Shown here piece after piece: positions 1-11,950 of a stretch of 35,340 bases of DNA. The notes under the pieces are model-generated. The model was not told the DNA's origin. It was given only the letters and a program-made list of their open reading frames with translations, and did no database searches. Every line of letters begins with the position of its first letter. The stretch's first letter is position 1. The DNA is taken from assembly GCA_000934665.2 (NCBI GenBank), contig KZ539090.1, positions 1 to 35,340 on the forward strand, written 5' to 3'. The DNA comes from Catajapyx aquilonaris. Its lineage: Eukaryota. The position numbers and the translations under genes are program-made.

Positions 1-185
1 GCTGGGTCGTCCGCGTCACTCACTCGATTTGTAAACAGTGGCAACAATGGAAGCGCTCTCCATGGGCCGATGTTTGAATTGGCCCGCCGGACGGGGTTGC
101 CAGGTCACGGGCTACAATATAAGCAGCTTAGGCCGAATTTGTCAATAACTAAAACGACAAAAAAGTTTGATCACCCTGTATACCG

Positions 186-439
186 AACAATACAGTACTG
201 TACAGTACATATCGATAGAACCTGCCACAATGCACCAGGAAAAACAGAGGAAAGAAGAGCAGGTATACGTTCGTGTGTTTGGTCTCAGAAGTGTTGAAGT
301 GATGCGTTCATGTTTAGATTGTGTTATCATCAAAATATATTTCAAACCATTCCAATACAAAATTTTCAAATGTAATTTTAAAACCGGGGTTAATGTGAAA
401 AGGAGTAAAATGGAGCGGCGTAAAACGGACTTCTTGTAT
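186..439. mobile_element. Partial (right-half) copy of a pogo/Tigger-like MITE
   Basis: Aligns by eye with 1081-1322 (TATCGATAGA..CCACAA..GCAC; AAACCGG..TTAATGTGAAA..GTAAAATG..CGTAAAACGG) and ends in ..TGTA. Confidence 0.55.
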
Positions 440-763
440 AGGAAATCTTTCTTGACCGTTTCACAACCAGGCTATCATAATATTTTCAATTCATCATTCT
501 GATTTTGTTTATACATTATGGATCATGATTTCCGTGCTCTGGATACGGGACAGGAGACATGGCAAAGCATAATTATAATGAACATTGTAATAATTTTTCG
601 CTAGTAAATAAAAAGGACAAAATCAGAAATTCGCGTTTCCTGGTGTTCTGAAATACACTAGGTAGCCTGGTTTTGATAATGGCCTATTATTCACTTATTG
701 CAGTATGATTTACTGCGATCTGTATTTATACGAACGGGCTCCCAAGGTCCCCATAAGGATATA

Positions 764-1320
764 CAGGTACCGTAATACCAGTTTTACGCCGGTAATATCT
801 TGGTTCCAGGGAAATGGGCATAAAATGAAAAGGCGTAAAACGAGACAAAATTATAAGGTAAATGTAAGTAAATGAGATGGGTTCCAAGATTTCAAAAATA
901 TTTCCTCATACAGTGCTTAAATTGCTGTTTTTAATGCTGATTATTTATTATGCAAGTTTAATGGGAGGTTCCATGTTTAGGGGCATCTGGTTCTGATACC
1001 TCTTTTCCCTCCTTTTGGCAAGAACTGCAGAAGACGTAGGGTATTTAACAGACTTCGGAGGGTTCCGATGAGACCAACAATACTGTACTACATTTATCGA
1101 TAGACCCCGCCACAAGGCACTACGAGAGACAAAAATATCATTATTTTATGGTCATGTGCTTGCACTCAAACGTGTTTAAGTGAGGTGTTTATATTCAGAT
1201 TCTGTTGTTATCGTCATATTTTTCACAATTTTTCAATTTAAACATTTTATAATGTCATTGTCAAACCGGCATTAATGTGAAACGGCGTAAAATGTAGCGT
1301 CGTAAAACGGGTACCTACTG
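764..1320. mobile_element. pogo/Tigger-like Tc1/mariner MITE
   Basis: Degenerate TIRs TA|CAGGTAC..GTTTTACG and CGTAAAACGGGTACCTACTG|TA, with TA flanks. Confidence 0.55.
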
Positions 1321-1332
1321 TATTTGATAATA

Positions 1333-2393
1333 GGACAGTTATGCAATAATGCGTCAACCCACATGAGAACAGTTTTGAGAAAAATTGCTTTGAAGGTCAT
1401 ACCTGAGAAATTAATTCAGTGTTCTTTTCGGTCATTTATGGCAGAAGTTAGGCCTATGCAGATTTCACCAGCATGATTTTAACTGAATGAAGTAGGATCC
1501 CTTAGGTATAATTGAATGACCCAAAATGGAAAGGGCATAAGTCCACCTTTTGGTCAAAATGACTTTTTCGCGGAAGGAAACTCTTCAGCATGGAGGGCAT
1601 AAGATCCAGTATGAGAGGGAGCGAAAGTCCCCACCCATATGCTATATTTTAGCAAGTCAGAATTGCCTCCAGAATGGCAAAGGGGGAAGACCTGGACCGA
1701 CCTGGACTTACACCTTTTCCATGCTGAAACTGCTGCTTCGGAATGAAAAGGCACTTAGTCCGCCCATCGTGTCATTATCCGGTAAATACCTACATGTATT
1801 CAGGAAAATGTTGAAGTAAAGTGTTTGCCTATATCAATGAGTGTGTTATTTTGTGTTACTTATGTTATCATGTGACAGAACGGCACAGATTTTCTCATCC
1901 TGCCATCTTTCAGAATGAAAGGGACATAAGTCCCGTCCCTTTAAATCGCTCTCACGCATCTGTCATGACGCGTTTTCCACCGAACTCTGCTCAACATGAT
2001 GCCAATGTCGACTAAGATCAACATTCCCGCGAGTCTGACCACCTTGACGAATTTACAATGCCGCATTTCAGTTTTTTGTCTCCCCTGTAAAATTAGGTCT
2101 CATGGACTTATGCCCTTTCCATTTTGGGTCATTCAATTATTATGTTCCTGATGGGCTTAACTGAATTTTGAAATTTTTGTGGGTTGACAAATTATTGCAT
2201 AACACAGTCCATGAACACCATTTGTGAGTTACCTTAATTCGGTCATTTATGGCAGAAGTAGGCCTATGCAGATTTAACCACCTTCATTGTAACTGAATGA
2301 AGTACTATCATTTGGGTGTATGATCCTGGGCTTAACTCACAATCAGTTTTTACTTTTTTTTGTGGGTTGACCCATTATTGCATTACACTGTCC
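1333..2393. mobile_element. Unclassified MITE with a duplicated right half, hosting a Sola-like insertion
   Basis: Left end GGACAGTTATGCAATAATGCGTCAACCCACA is inverted at 2178-2210 and again at 2361-2393. The internal block at about 1427-1500 is repeated at about 2235-2310. Confidence 0.6.
1514..2134. mobile_element. Non-autonomous DNA transposon, Sola1-like
   Basis: Perfect 32-bp TIR GAATGACCCAAAATGGAAAGGGCATAAGTCCA with AATT on both flanks (1510-1513, 2135-2138). A 4-bp AWWT TSD is characteristic of Sola1. Confidence 0.75.
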
Positions 2394-2511
2394 AATTACC
2401 CCTCCGCTTTCAATCACTTCTGCGTACGTTGACTGACACCAAGTTCAACATATGTACCCGACACTACACAAGGGTTTGCTGCTATAAACTAATTAATAAA
2501 TATCTTCAAAA

Positions 2512-2631
2512 TCTATGTATAAGTTATGTAAGGCAAAGTTTCTTTGTTTTTTTATTTGTTTGCCCATGGCAACAGGATTTTGTTGGTGATTACCATAAAC
2601 AGCCCGTGCGAAGAACGGGCTTCGCTGCTAG
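2512..2631 (+). mobile_element. Miniature non-autonomous Helitron
   Basis: 5' A|TCTATGTATA; 3' hairpin GCCCGT-GCGAAGA-ACGGGC followed by CTAG|T; inserted between A and T with no TSD. Confidence 0.7.
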
Positions 2632-2843
2632 TCATTAACTCATTATTATATGCTCTATAAAAGTTATCTGCTTCAAATTGTCACACCAACACGGTTCGTG
2701 TGATTCTGAGCTTTTCCAAATCAGCTTTCATCTGCCATGCCGGTACTATATTTCCTCATATATAGCCAAGCGAAGCCCCAATGCAAACTTATTATTCTAG
2801 GGCTGCTGCCGTCTGCCCATATCCAAGTACCAGCGCAGTTTAC

Positions 2844-2926
2844 CCACTTCCAAAGACACCATTCGCCAGCAAGGGAGTGTCGGAATTCTCGCCTGTCTCT
2901 TTAGCTCTTTTCGTCTTTATAGTCAT
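2844..2926 (-). CDS. Putative first coding exon of an unidentified divergent gene (MTIKTKRAKETGENSDTPLLANGVFGS..)
   Basis: Minus-strand ATG at 2926, 27 open codons plus 2 nt, then GG|GTAAAC donor. Lies in non-repetitive, CpG-containing sequence head-to-head with DHFR. No downstream exon identified. Confidence 0.35.
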
Positions 2927-3089
2927 ACCCCGTGGCTTCTTTACCGGTGCCGATGGTATCGTCCACCGCCTATTACGACAAGTTCCCGAAACAACGTGCG
3001 AGTTTGGTCAGGGAGGAGCATACACTGGTTTGGTGGTCAGCTTCTTGGTCTTGCACTGGACGTCTCGACGAGTGAGGCTGTGAGCAGAG

Positions 3090-3178
3090 ATGGCTGCTGG
3101 CCCCCGCTTCCACCTGATCGCCGCCGCCTGCGAGGGAATGGGCATTGGGTACAAAGGAGCCCTACCATGGAGGATGAG
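3090..3178 (+). CDS. DHFR: Dihydrofolate reductase exon 1 (MAAGPRFHLIAAACEGMGIGYKGALPWRM)
   Basis: LIAA..GIG..G.LPW N-terminal DHFR motif; AG|GT donor, phase 2. Not in the ORF track. Confidence 0.95.
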
Positions 3179-3185
3179 GTGCTGA

Positions 3186-3419
<234 letters not shown>

Positions 3420-3749
3420 TAGGTACCAGTATTCGAGTTGTGCGGGACAGATTTGGGCATTGTCATGGTTCAAGGTGTCATGGTCCAAGCAGCAAGGTTT
3501 CCATGCCAGACACAGTTTCGTGTCTGGCATGGAAACTTGGAACAAATGAATGCAGTTCATGAAACCAGTGAATGGTACTGATGTCACATTGGGCTCCTGT
3601 GGCTGTTTACATGTCACCAGAAACCTGACCTAAAGCAGCATGCTGGTGTAATCTGTGGGTGGCCGGGAAGTCACAATAACTGAGGTAGATTTCCATAATT
3701 TTGATCCTTGTAAAAATTTTTGGAATGCTTCTGGTACCTTACTAAAGTA

Positions 3750-4333
3750 GGAGGGTCAGTCAAAAAATAAATTTCACAATATTACAGTTTAGACACCATG
3801 CTACAGACAGGGTAAAGATGAGCATAAGCAGTCAATCCTTCCGGTAATTAGCAGGATGGGTAAACGCCATCTTGTAGTGTATGTGCAGGTGCGGCAGCCG
3901 TCAGATGAGACAGAGTGCTGAGCAGAGCGTGCCCATCCACATTCTGCCAGGAGAAGTCATGGCAGACAGATGTGTGCTGGTCACATGGACTAAGGCAGAA
4001 GTGAGAGCAGTTGTTTGCTACTTGACATACGACATTTATCACCTGCTGGTGGAGGTGTTTGGTCCAGATCCGAGATGTCATGTCTGAAGAAATGGTGTGG
4101 CGATATGCTGCCACCAATTCCAAAATAAGCTCGCAAGCATGAAGGACAACCAGAGACCCAGACGACCGGCCACGGCAATTACAGACAGTGTCCTCAAGTG
4201 TCCGATGGCTGCTGCACCTAAGCATAAGCTGCAAGATGGTGGATCGACGTACCTGCTCATGATCATCTTTACCCTGTCTGTTGCATGGCATCTAAACTGT
4301 AGCATTGCGAAACTTATTTTCCAACTGACCTCG
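3750..4333 (+). mobile_element. Internally deleted mariner with an N-terminal transposase remnant
   Basis: Long (about 150 bp) imperfect TIRs beginning GAGG(G)TCAGT..AAAATAA. Frameshifted remnants WTKAEVRAVVCYL..IYHLLVEVFGPD..MSEEMVWR..CHQF..DNQRPRRPATA resemble the mariner HTH and GRP linker. Confidence 0.8.
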
Positions 4334-4615
4334 CATGATATGGTGAAAAATGGGCTAGTACAGACTGTGAGTAAATGCAAGTTCTGTTTCACAGTGCATA
4401 GAGAGTGACCAATCCCATCGTTAGCTTGCTTTGAGAGGGAAACCCCCTACTCCATCACAAAGGATGATGGGAAATTCCTTTATGCCTTCGCTTTGCTCAG
4501 GAGCTCGCTGGTCACGTGTCTCGCTGGTTCTAGACTTCAGATGCACTGGTAGGTTGTTAACAATAATAACAGCAAAGAAGAGGACGAACCAGGGGATAGT
4601 GAAAGTAACGATTTA

Positions 4616-5114
4616 GGGCCGGTTGCACCGGTCGCGGTATATGGGACCCTGCACCGCGGGTACATGGTATATACCATGAAAAACCGCGAGTTCATTCCAT
4701 AGCATTGCACCGGCAATCCGAGGGTCCAGATAAACGCGGGGTTATCGGTAGTATGCTGGCCCATGAGAGACGTAAGCGGGCAAAAATTTAGAGAGCGCTG
4801 ATTGGATCGCAGCACCCGTGACGTCATGGAAGTATGGCTAGTCGTCTAGTATCTACGGCAACCATGTGGCAGGGTTACCACCTGGTGTCACACAGTACAC
4901 GAAATCCCTAGCACCAGTCCGCAACCATGACAACACCCATAAACCCGCGGTATAAGCAACTTGCGCTGCAGGATTGGCGGGTAGATGGATCCGGCGGTAA
5001 ATGGGAGGGAGAACAGGCCGTTTTAGAAAAACCGTAGGTGGCGCAACACTTCTCGTGGTACATAGGAGTGAAAACCCGCCGTTTTCCATATACCGCGACC
5101 GGTGCAACCGGCCA
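4616..5114. mobile_element. PIF/Harbinger-like MITE
   Basis: Perfect 28-bp inverted repeat GGCCGGTTGCACCGGTCGCGGTATATGG; TTA and TAA flanks. Confidence 0.85.
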
Positions 5115-5999
5115 TAAGTCGTCAAGTCCTCTCTGTAGTCTACAATGCACTGTATATATACAGATTATTGCCACGTGCTGTAATTGAAAGTTACAATATA
5201 CGGTATAATATTAGGAAAATGTGCCTTTTCATGGATTATTTCATGCAATTATCATGTTCTGGAAGGATAATGTAACTTACGTAAAAAGAGAGAATGATCT
5301 GACGTCATCATTTCTTCCATTGTTGCTTTTTGTTGACACTGTTCACTCATATTGTTCTGTGAGGGTATTTCCATGGAAACCTTGATAACGTAAGATTGTT
5401 ATCTTATTTTCCGTACATTAAGTGCCTCATACTGTCATACCTCACTTAGACCAGCATGCTGGTATAGCACCATGCATTTTCTAAAAACTGGTCGACCTCA
5501 ACTGCACCTCCAGCATGTAGCTTTAGGTGAGGCCTGAGGAGCAACCAAGAAACTAAAGCTTGCTGAACATAAGCTTAGGAAGTGTGACATCAACATATGA
5601 AAATGCCTCGATTGTGACATGGTATTTTTGTGAGCAGTAGTAGCTAAAGGTATGCATAATCATTCTGCAGTTTTTTGGCATGAATTTTTTAGCTATTTTT
5701 GCACTAAAAAGGGGGTTTTATTCTGTAGACAAGCCAATTATTCTCCAAAGCAAAAAGAAAGTGTCTTGCTAGGCAAGTGTCAGGTGCATTTGCAGGTCCC
5801 ATTGATGTTGAATATTACCAATACAGGAAGTCCCCAGTTTACAAACGACATGAATTATGGCAATCTGTTCTTGTGAATGAGTTCCCAAGGCTGCCCATAA
5901 GGATAATTTAGAATTATCCCGCCAATGTCAATCACTGTTGCATATGATGACCGACATCAAGTTCAAAAAAATAAATTGTGTAATTTTGTATAAGGGTTA

Positions 6000-6209
6000 C
6001 AGGGGTCGAAATATTCAGATGCAAAGGTGCAATTTGCACTCCCAAAATTGTCATATGCATTCCAAAATTGGCTGCATTGGCTCTGTTTTTAAATATGGCT
6101 ATACCCAGTAATTAAAAATTAAGCACTCCAAGTAAGCGATTTGCACTCCAGGTTAAAGTCTGGAGTGCAAACTTTGCATCTGGACAAAAAATTTTAAATT
6201 CGACCCCTG
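6000..6209. mobile_element. hAT-like MITE with 6-bp TSD
   Basis: TIR CAGGGGTCGAA / TTCGACCCCTG; GGGTTA at 5994-5999 and 6210-6215; internal TTTGCACTCC repeats. Confidence 0.7.
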
Positions 6210-6289
6210 GGGTTATTCAGATGAAAACGAGTCACTGTCATAGAGCAAATTTCTGGTTTCTCACGACATCTTATACACAAAACGTTTTT

Positions 6290-6574
6290 ATAATAATAAT
6301 AATAATCATTCATACCCTGTTATCAGCCGGCGGCTCTTTAGGGGGTTTTGACGGGAACTATTTGCTTTAATTTTTACTTTGCTTTTTGGGATAGGATAGG
6401 GACGGAAGGAAGCGGCTGTGGCCTAATTATTTAGGAAGCAATCCCGGAATTCTCCTGGGGGGACTGTGGGAAACCACAGAAAACCACGGTTAGGATTGCC
6501 GGCCCTGGGACTCGAACCCAGGACCTACCGATTAGCAGTCGAATACCTTATCCACTCCACCAAACTGCTTCGGT
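6290..6574 (-). mobile_element. tRNA-derived SINE, head type A
   Basis: Minus-strand B-box GGGTTCGAGTCCC, central GTGGTTTTCTGTGGTTTCCC, (ATT)n tail; reverse complement of 18133-18415. Confidence 0.85.
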
Positions 6575-6745
6575 TCATATGAAGATAAACTATGATAAGA
6601 CCAAAACTTTAGACCTTTCTTAGAATTTCAAAATTTAAATCTATCAGATATGTCTACAAGTTTTCGAATTATAGGATTTTCAAATCCACACATTCTTTTT
6701 CGATCACCCTGTACTTCACTAGTATGCCCTTCGTTTTGTGTATAT

Positions 6746-7719
6746 CAGCGGTTCTCAACCTTTTCCCAGATTGTACCCCTTGGCCATGACTAAAAGTCTC
6801 ATGTACCCCCACGATAATATGTTCATAATTCGTATCGATGCAATTTGGAACTTCAGGACAAAGAATGCACTAGCCTTTACCTTCAGTATTCCTTTCTCCA
6901 TTACTATAATGTAAAAAGTGAAATAACATCTTATGCCTTGCATAAAAATGGACAAAACTAAGTGAATGTGGCCTAAAGAAAAATATGAAGTAATTTTCTC
7001 ATTACATATTTGTTATGTGCCCCGTATTCTGCAAGTTGCAATCTTATTTCTTTGTATGTCATCTGGTTTTCGGATATTATATTAAGTCCAGAAATTAGCT
7101 GGGACACGAATTGTTTGTTGTTTCACTATTTACCCATCTTTACACTTTATCTTTATTATTATTACAGGATATGAGCTGTTTATCAAGGATCTTAGTTATG
7201 TACAAATCCAACCTACGAGGCGAAGTGGCCCTGCGGTAACGTATGCGCCCACGGATGTTAAGGTCCTGGGTTCGATTCCAGCCCGGGGTTCGCCCCTTCA
7301 TCTCATGCATAGTTGAGCCATCTCTGGCTTCGTCTTGGGTGGAATCTCCAACAGACTAATCCACCAGGGGGAGTTCACAAAACGACTAGGCAACAACATT
7401 GCGCTTGCACTTTGCACGTCCTCTCCTAGTCACCATGCCCTTGGACCAGGGCGTTTCGCCAAAAGGTTCCCCCAAAAGGGCCAAAGATGGCCCAGCACGG
7501 GGTAATTTTGTTTTTAAAAAAAGCACAAATCCAACCTACAGACATTTTCAGGAACGTTCGTAGACCAGGGACTTCCTGTATTATTATCGACCTGAAAAGA
7601 CTAGAAACCTTCCCTGAAAGTGAGGAGGATATGACAACTCAGGCTGGCATTGTTTACTGAATATTTTATTTCCTTAAGGTCCTAGACCCTTTAATTTGTA
7701 CACTGGTTGTGAGACTTGA
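6746..7719. mobile_element. Degenerate hAT (Charlie/Buster-like) element
   Basis: Clear left end CAGCGGTTCTCAACCTTTT; right end only weakly recognisable and no TSD. Confidence 0.35.
7217..7524 (+). mobile_element. tRNA-derived SINE, head type B
   Basis: B-box GGGTTCGATTCC; exact 15-bp TSD ACAAATCCAACCTAC (7202-7216, 7525-7539). Confidence 0.9.
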
Positions 7720-7976
7720 ATCGTGATAAAAGTTTACTACTCATATGAGGTGAGTTGGAAGAAGTCACGCATCCCTAGTCCCTACCACTTTGTTTCTCTC
7801 TCACCTTGTGCCTGGGATGGGGGGTGGATGGGGGGTGTCGGGGTGAACTACCTAGTACCTAGCCCTCCCAGGTTACCCAGGTGGTCTCACCCAGCTATAG
7901 CTGTTCTAAGACTTCTAACTGCTCAGGCACATGCTGCCGTAATAGTGGGGTTAAGACTGAATCCTTGTTATTGCAG

Positions 7977-8103
7977 AAACATCAATGATGACAACGTGTA
8001 CATGTGCAATGGATTGGATTCTGCAATACATCTCTTGGAATCACCACCATTTCGAGATATGGTTGAAACAGTTTGGGTTATTGGTGGACGGTCTGTTTAT
8101 CAG
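7977..8103 (+). CDS. DHFR: Dihydrofolate reductase exon 3
   Basis: NINDDNVYMCNGLDSAIHLLESPPFRDMVETVWVIGGRSVYQ (VIGG..VY motif); TTGCAG acceptor, CAG|GTAATC donor, phases 2/0. Confidence 0.96.
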
Positions 8104-8636
8104 GTAATCAAGTATTGTACTATATAAAGTCATATTTTGCCAGTTGCCAAGGAAGTCATTAATCCTAAAGGCTCAAATACAGGGTGATCGAAAAATAATG
8201 TCTCAATTTTAATACCCTATATGCCTGTAACTCAAATACTTGTAGACATATCTAACAAGTGATTTAAGTTTTGAAATGCTAAGAAGGCCTTGCTGCATTT
8301 TTTTGCGATATGAGCTCCATTTGTCGGTCAGGAGATAAAATGATAGTATTTGGTCTCCTGCCAAATACACTCAATCATATCTGGAGTTACCATTGCAATT
8401 CTATCCCGTAGGCGCCGGATATGAAGGGTCGTTACACCATAAACAGTGTTCTTCTTATGCACATAAAAAGTTGTCTCATGCATGGAACAAACCTGCCATA
8501 GGAAAGTTTCATTTGTTCAGCCTCCCAGTGTGCGAAGTATTGAATGAGAAGTTTCCCTATGCCTAGCCCCCACAGAAGCACAAATCTTACCCCGATTGAC
8601 TTTTTGTAGATACATGTATCGGGTCATTCCACACCA

Positions 8637-10575
8637 GGGCAATTCCACGTGAACGTGATCACCTTTTGCACGAAAAAATTTGCCCGTCGATGAGTGTGAG
8701 ATATGTTTGAGTCCATGTCAAGTTATGACCTTTCCCATAAGGATTTGGTCCGCCAATGCGTGGTTGCCTATCTACAGGCGCTAATTGCACTTGGATCACA
8801 GTTAGAGGTGCCCCCCTATTACATTTACATGACAACGTAAATGCATGATGTAATACATGTTTCATGTGTGAAATTGTCTCCTCTTTCCGACAAAAATAGT
8901 CACTTTCCGATAGCTGTGCAAATTCATGTCAAAATGCGACATTTTTGCAAACAAATGACATTTTCAAAAAAAGAACCAAAGTCAAATGTCATCACATTGA
9001 CATCAAAATACACCTCACAGTGTCCTCTATCAGTGGTACAAACGGAATTTTGGAATACGAAATAGTTACGGAGCTATAGGTACTGACGTGGAGTGCTGCG
9101 CTAGTGGCCACGCCCGCTGAATGAAAATGAGCGGCCCACCTAGGTCCGTCTTCATGTCTCAGGTAGTGTACGTTTGTCCTTTGTGTTTAATTCACTTAAT
9201 AATATAGTTAATGTAGTTATAGTTTTAATATATCTAGAAATAGTTCCAAATCAATTTGGTCCGCTACTGGGCAATTCCAAGTGAACGTGATCACCTTTTG
9301 CACAAAAAAATCTGGCCATCGATAAGTGTCAAAGTGTGAGGAGATATGTTTAGGTCCATGTTAGAACCTTTCGCTTAAGAACTTGGTCCGCTGATGTGTG
9401 GTTGCCTCTCTACAGGCGTAAATTGTACTTTGATCACATTTACACGACAATGTAGTAAATGCTTGATATGATACAAGTTTCATGTGTAAAATTGTCTCCT
9501 CTTTTCGACAAAAATGCTAACTTCCTGACAGATGTGCAAATTCATGGCAAAAAGCGAGAATTTTGCAAACAAATGAAATTTTCGAAACGAGAACCAAAGT
9601 TAAATACCATCAGTCATCACATTGATATCAAAAAATTCCTCATAGTGTCCTCTATCAGTCAGATACAAACGGAATTTTGGCATACGCAAGGGTTACGGAG
9701 CTATAATCACTGATGTGGAGGGATGCAGGAGTGCAATATATTCCATTATATAGTGAAAGCAAGGGGCCCGTATGGATTCGCAAGGAATTCCGTACAGGCC
9801 TCAACAGTGAACATTCATTTGGACTGTGACTAGGAACGAATAGAGGAATGAATATAAAAATAAAAAGTAGGCTACATGTTTCTCTATTGTAAATAATCAA
9901 GCATATTTTAACACAGACTTGACACTTGTGAAAATTGAAACTTTGTTGAACATGACAAGGGAATTTTCATTTATTCTTACTATTCTATGGTAAATTTTTT
10001 TTGAACTATATTATTAAGTGAATTAAACACAAAGGACAAGCGTACACTACCTGAGACATGAAGACGGACCTAGGTGGGCCGCTCATTTTCATTCAGCGGC
10101 GTGGCCACTAGCGCAGCGCTCCACGTCAGTGCCTATAGCTCCGTAACCATTTCGTATTCCAAAATTCCGTTTGTACCACTGATAGAGGACACTGTGAGGT
10201 GTATTTTGATATCAATGTGATGACATTTGACTTTGGCTCTTTTTTTGAAAATGTCATTTGTTTGCAAAAATGTCGCATTTTGACATGAATTTGCACAGCT
10301 ATCGGAAAGTGACTATTTTTGTCGGAAAGAGGAGACAATTTCACACATGAAACATGTATTACATCATGCATTTACGTTGTCATGTAAATGTAATAGGGGG
10401 GCGCCTCTAACTGTGATCCAAGTGCAATTAGCGCCTGTAGATAGGCAACCACGCATTGGCGGACCAAATCCTTATGGGAAAGGTCATAACTTGACATGGA
10501 CTCAAACATATCTCACACTCATCGACGGGCAAATTTTTTCATGCAAAAGGTGATCATGTTCACGTGGAATTGCCC
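8637..10575. mobile_element. Inner Sola2-like MITE with about 570-bp near-identical TIRs
   Basis: Arms 8637-9209 and 10004-10575, termini GGGCAATTCCACGTG, flanks ACCA/GCCA. The ORF track gives an identical 68-aa peptide on opposite strands. A diverged third arm copy lies at about 9269-9720. Confidence 0.85.
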
Positions 10576-11695
10576 GCCAGTTCGGCACGATATTAGCCCT
10601 TGGTATCTCGAATTTCGTTCAGACTTTTTAAAATGGAAGTACTCCACCCCAAACAAATGTGGCCCAGGCCATTCATCCGAAAACAATTTAGCAACGGAAC
10701 AACGGGCAACGAAAGATTATCGATTTTATCGTTTTTGGCGCTGTGCGGTGTCCGAAAAGTGACGATATCTCCCTCAGTATCGATCGTAGAGAGATGTACA
10801 TAGGGACTTAAATTAATTGGAGATGTGCACGGAATAGACGTAGGCCACCAAATATATTTTTATGTAATATCTTTAAGAATTTACGCTAAATTTTAAACTT
10901 TAAATTTACTTTTCCAAAAACGCTATTTTTATTTATTTTTACTTTTTCCCTTACATAAATATATAGTCCTTTATGTTAATTATCCCGTAAAAATGTCGAT
11001 GGGCAATTCATAATTGGTCGAGATAAAAATTATCGAAATTGAAGGTACACCGCTCATGCATATCTCGCTAGTGTCTTGAACGAACATTCATTGGGTATTT
11101 TTTGGCCCAGTAAACAGGATTAACTCGTGATGTAAGTCTGGTGACTAATTTTCTTATTACAAATTCTGAACCAATGAATATTTTAGGCATTCAATAATTT
11201 TTCAATGATTTTGTCAAATATAATTACCATTAAGTAATAGTAATCATAATAATTGACAAAATCTTTGAAAATTTATTGAACGACTAAGGTATTAATTGGT
11301 TCAGAATTTGTAATGTTTAAAGAAAATTAGTCACCAGACTTACATCATGAGTTAAGCCTGTTCCCAAGTAACACCAAATTGTCGGGCGAGAATCATGCAG
11401 CAATCGCTGGGGCGATGGGCGATATCTGTGAACTATCGGGGAAGATGTCCAGGCGATACAAAAATGGGAATTTTCTTATGAACGGCCAACATGGGGGCGA
11501 ATGTTGCTCCGTCAACATGCTCCTATGTAGCCATGACATTGCCAAGCGGCAATTAGGCGATTATCTCCACAGTTATCGTGCTTATATCGACATATTCTTG
11601 CCACAGATCTCTCGGCAAGAGGACAGTCGAATGATACCACGGCACTGATTGCCTACTAGATGAGTGAGCCGAGTGTTAAGGTGTATTTTCGCTAG

Positions 11696-11950
11696 GATAT
11701 CGTTCAACTACAAGCGCCCAGTTATAGCCTGAGAGTTGTTGCCTAGAAATGGTCAGACTGTTGCCTAGTTGGCCATAGATGGGCGATAGAATGGCACTGG
11801 CTGGGCTTCATTTGTGGATTCGGGGAAATGTCACTAAGATATCGTTCAACTACAAGCGCCCAGTTATAGCCTGAGAGTTCTTGCGTACAAATCGTCCGAT
11901 TGTTGCCCAATTATTGACTATAGATGGGCGATGGAATGGCGTTGACTGGT
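11696..11950 (+). repeat. Two-copy tandem repeat, period 142 bp
   Basis: Exact 42-bp core GATATCGTTCAACTACAAGCGCCCAGTTATAGCCTGAGAGTT at 11696-11737 and 11838-11879, with diverged continuation. Confidence 0.85.

Larger units (their letters stand above)
3580..5595 (-). mobile_element. Fragmented inverted copy of the 15147-15684 MITE family, broken by later insertions
   Basis: Pieces at about 3640-3740, 4340-4437, 5145-5235 and 5445-5500 match the reverse complement of successive parts of 15165-15635 in colinear order. Boundaries approximate. Confidence 0.6.

Noticed and set aside
210..1103. DRE motifs TATCGATA as DHFR promoter elements
   Set aside because: Both lie at the equivalent position in copies of a MITE, 2-3 kb from the ATG; nothing supports function.
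2982..2991. E2F site in the DHFR promoter (GTTCCCGAAA)
   Set aside because: Does not match TTTSSCGC well enough to call.
8659..10553. Duplicated short ORFs on opposite strands (68 aa; 74/81/84 aa)
   Set aside because: By-products of the MITE's inverted arms, with no recognisable domain.
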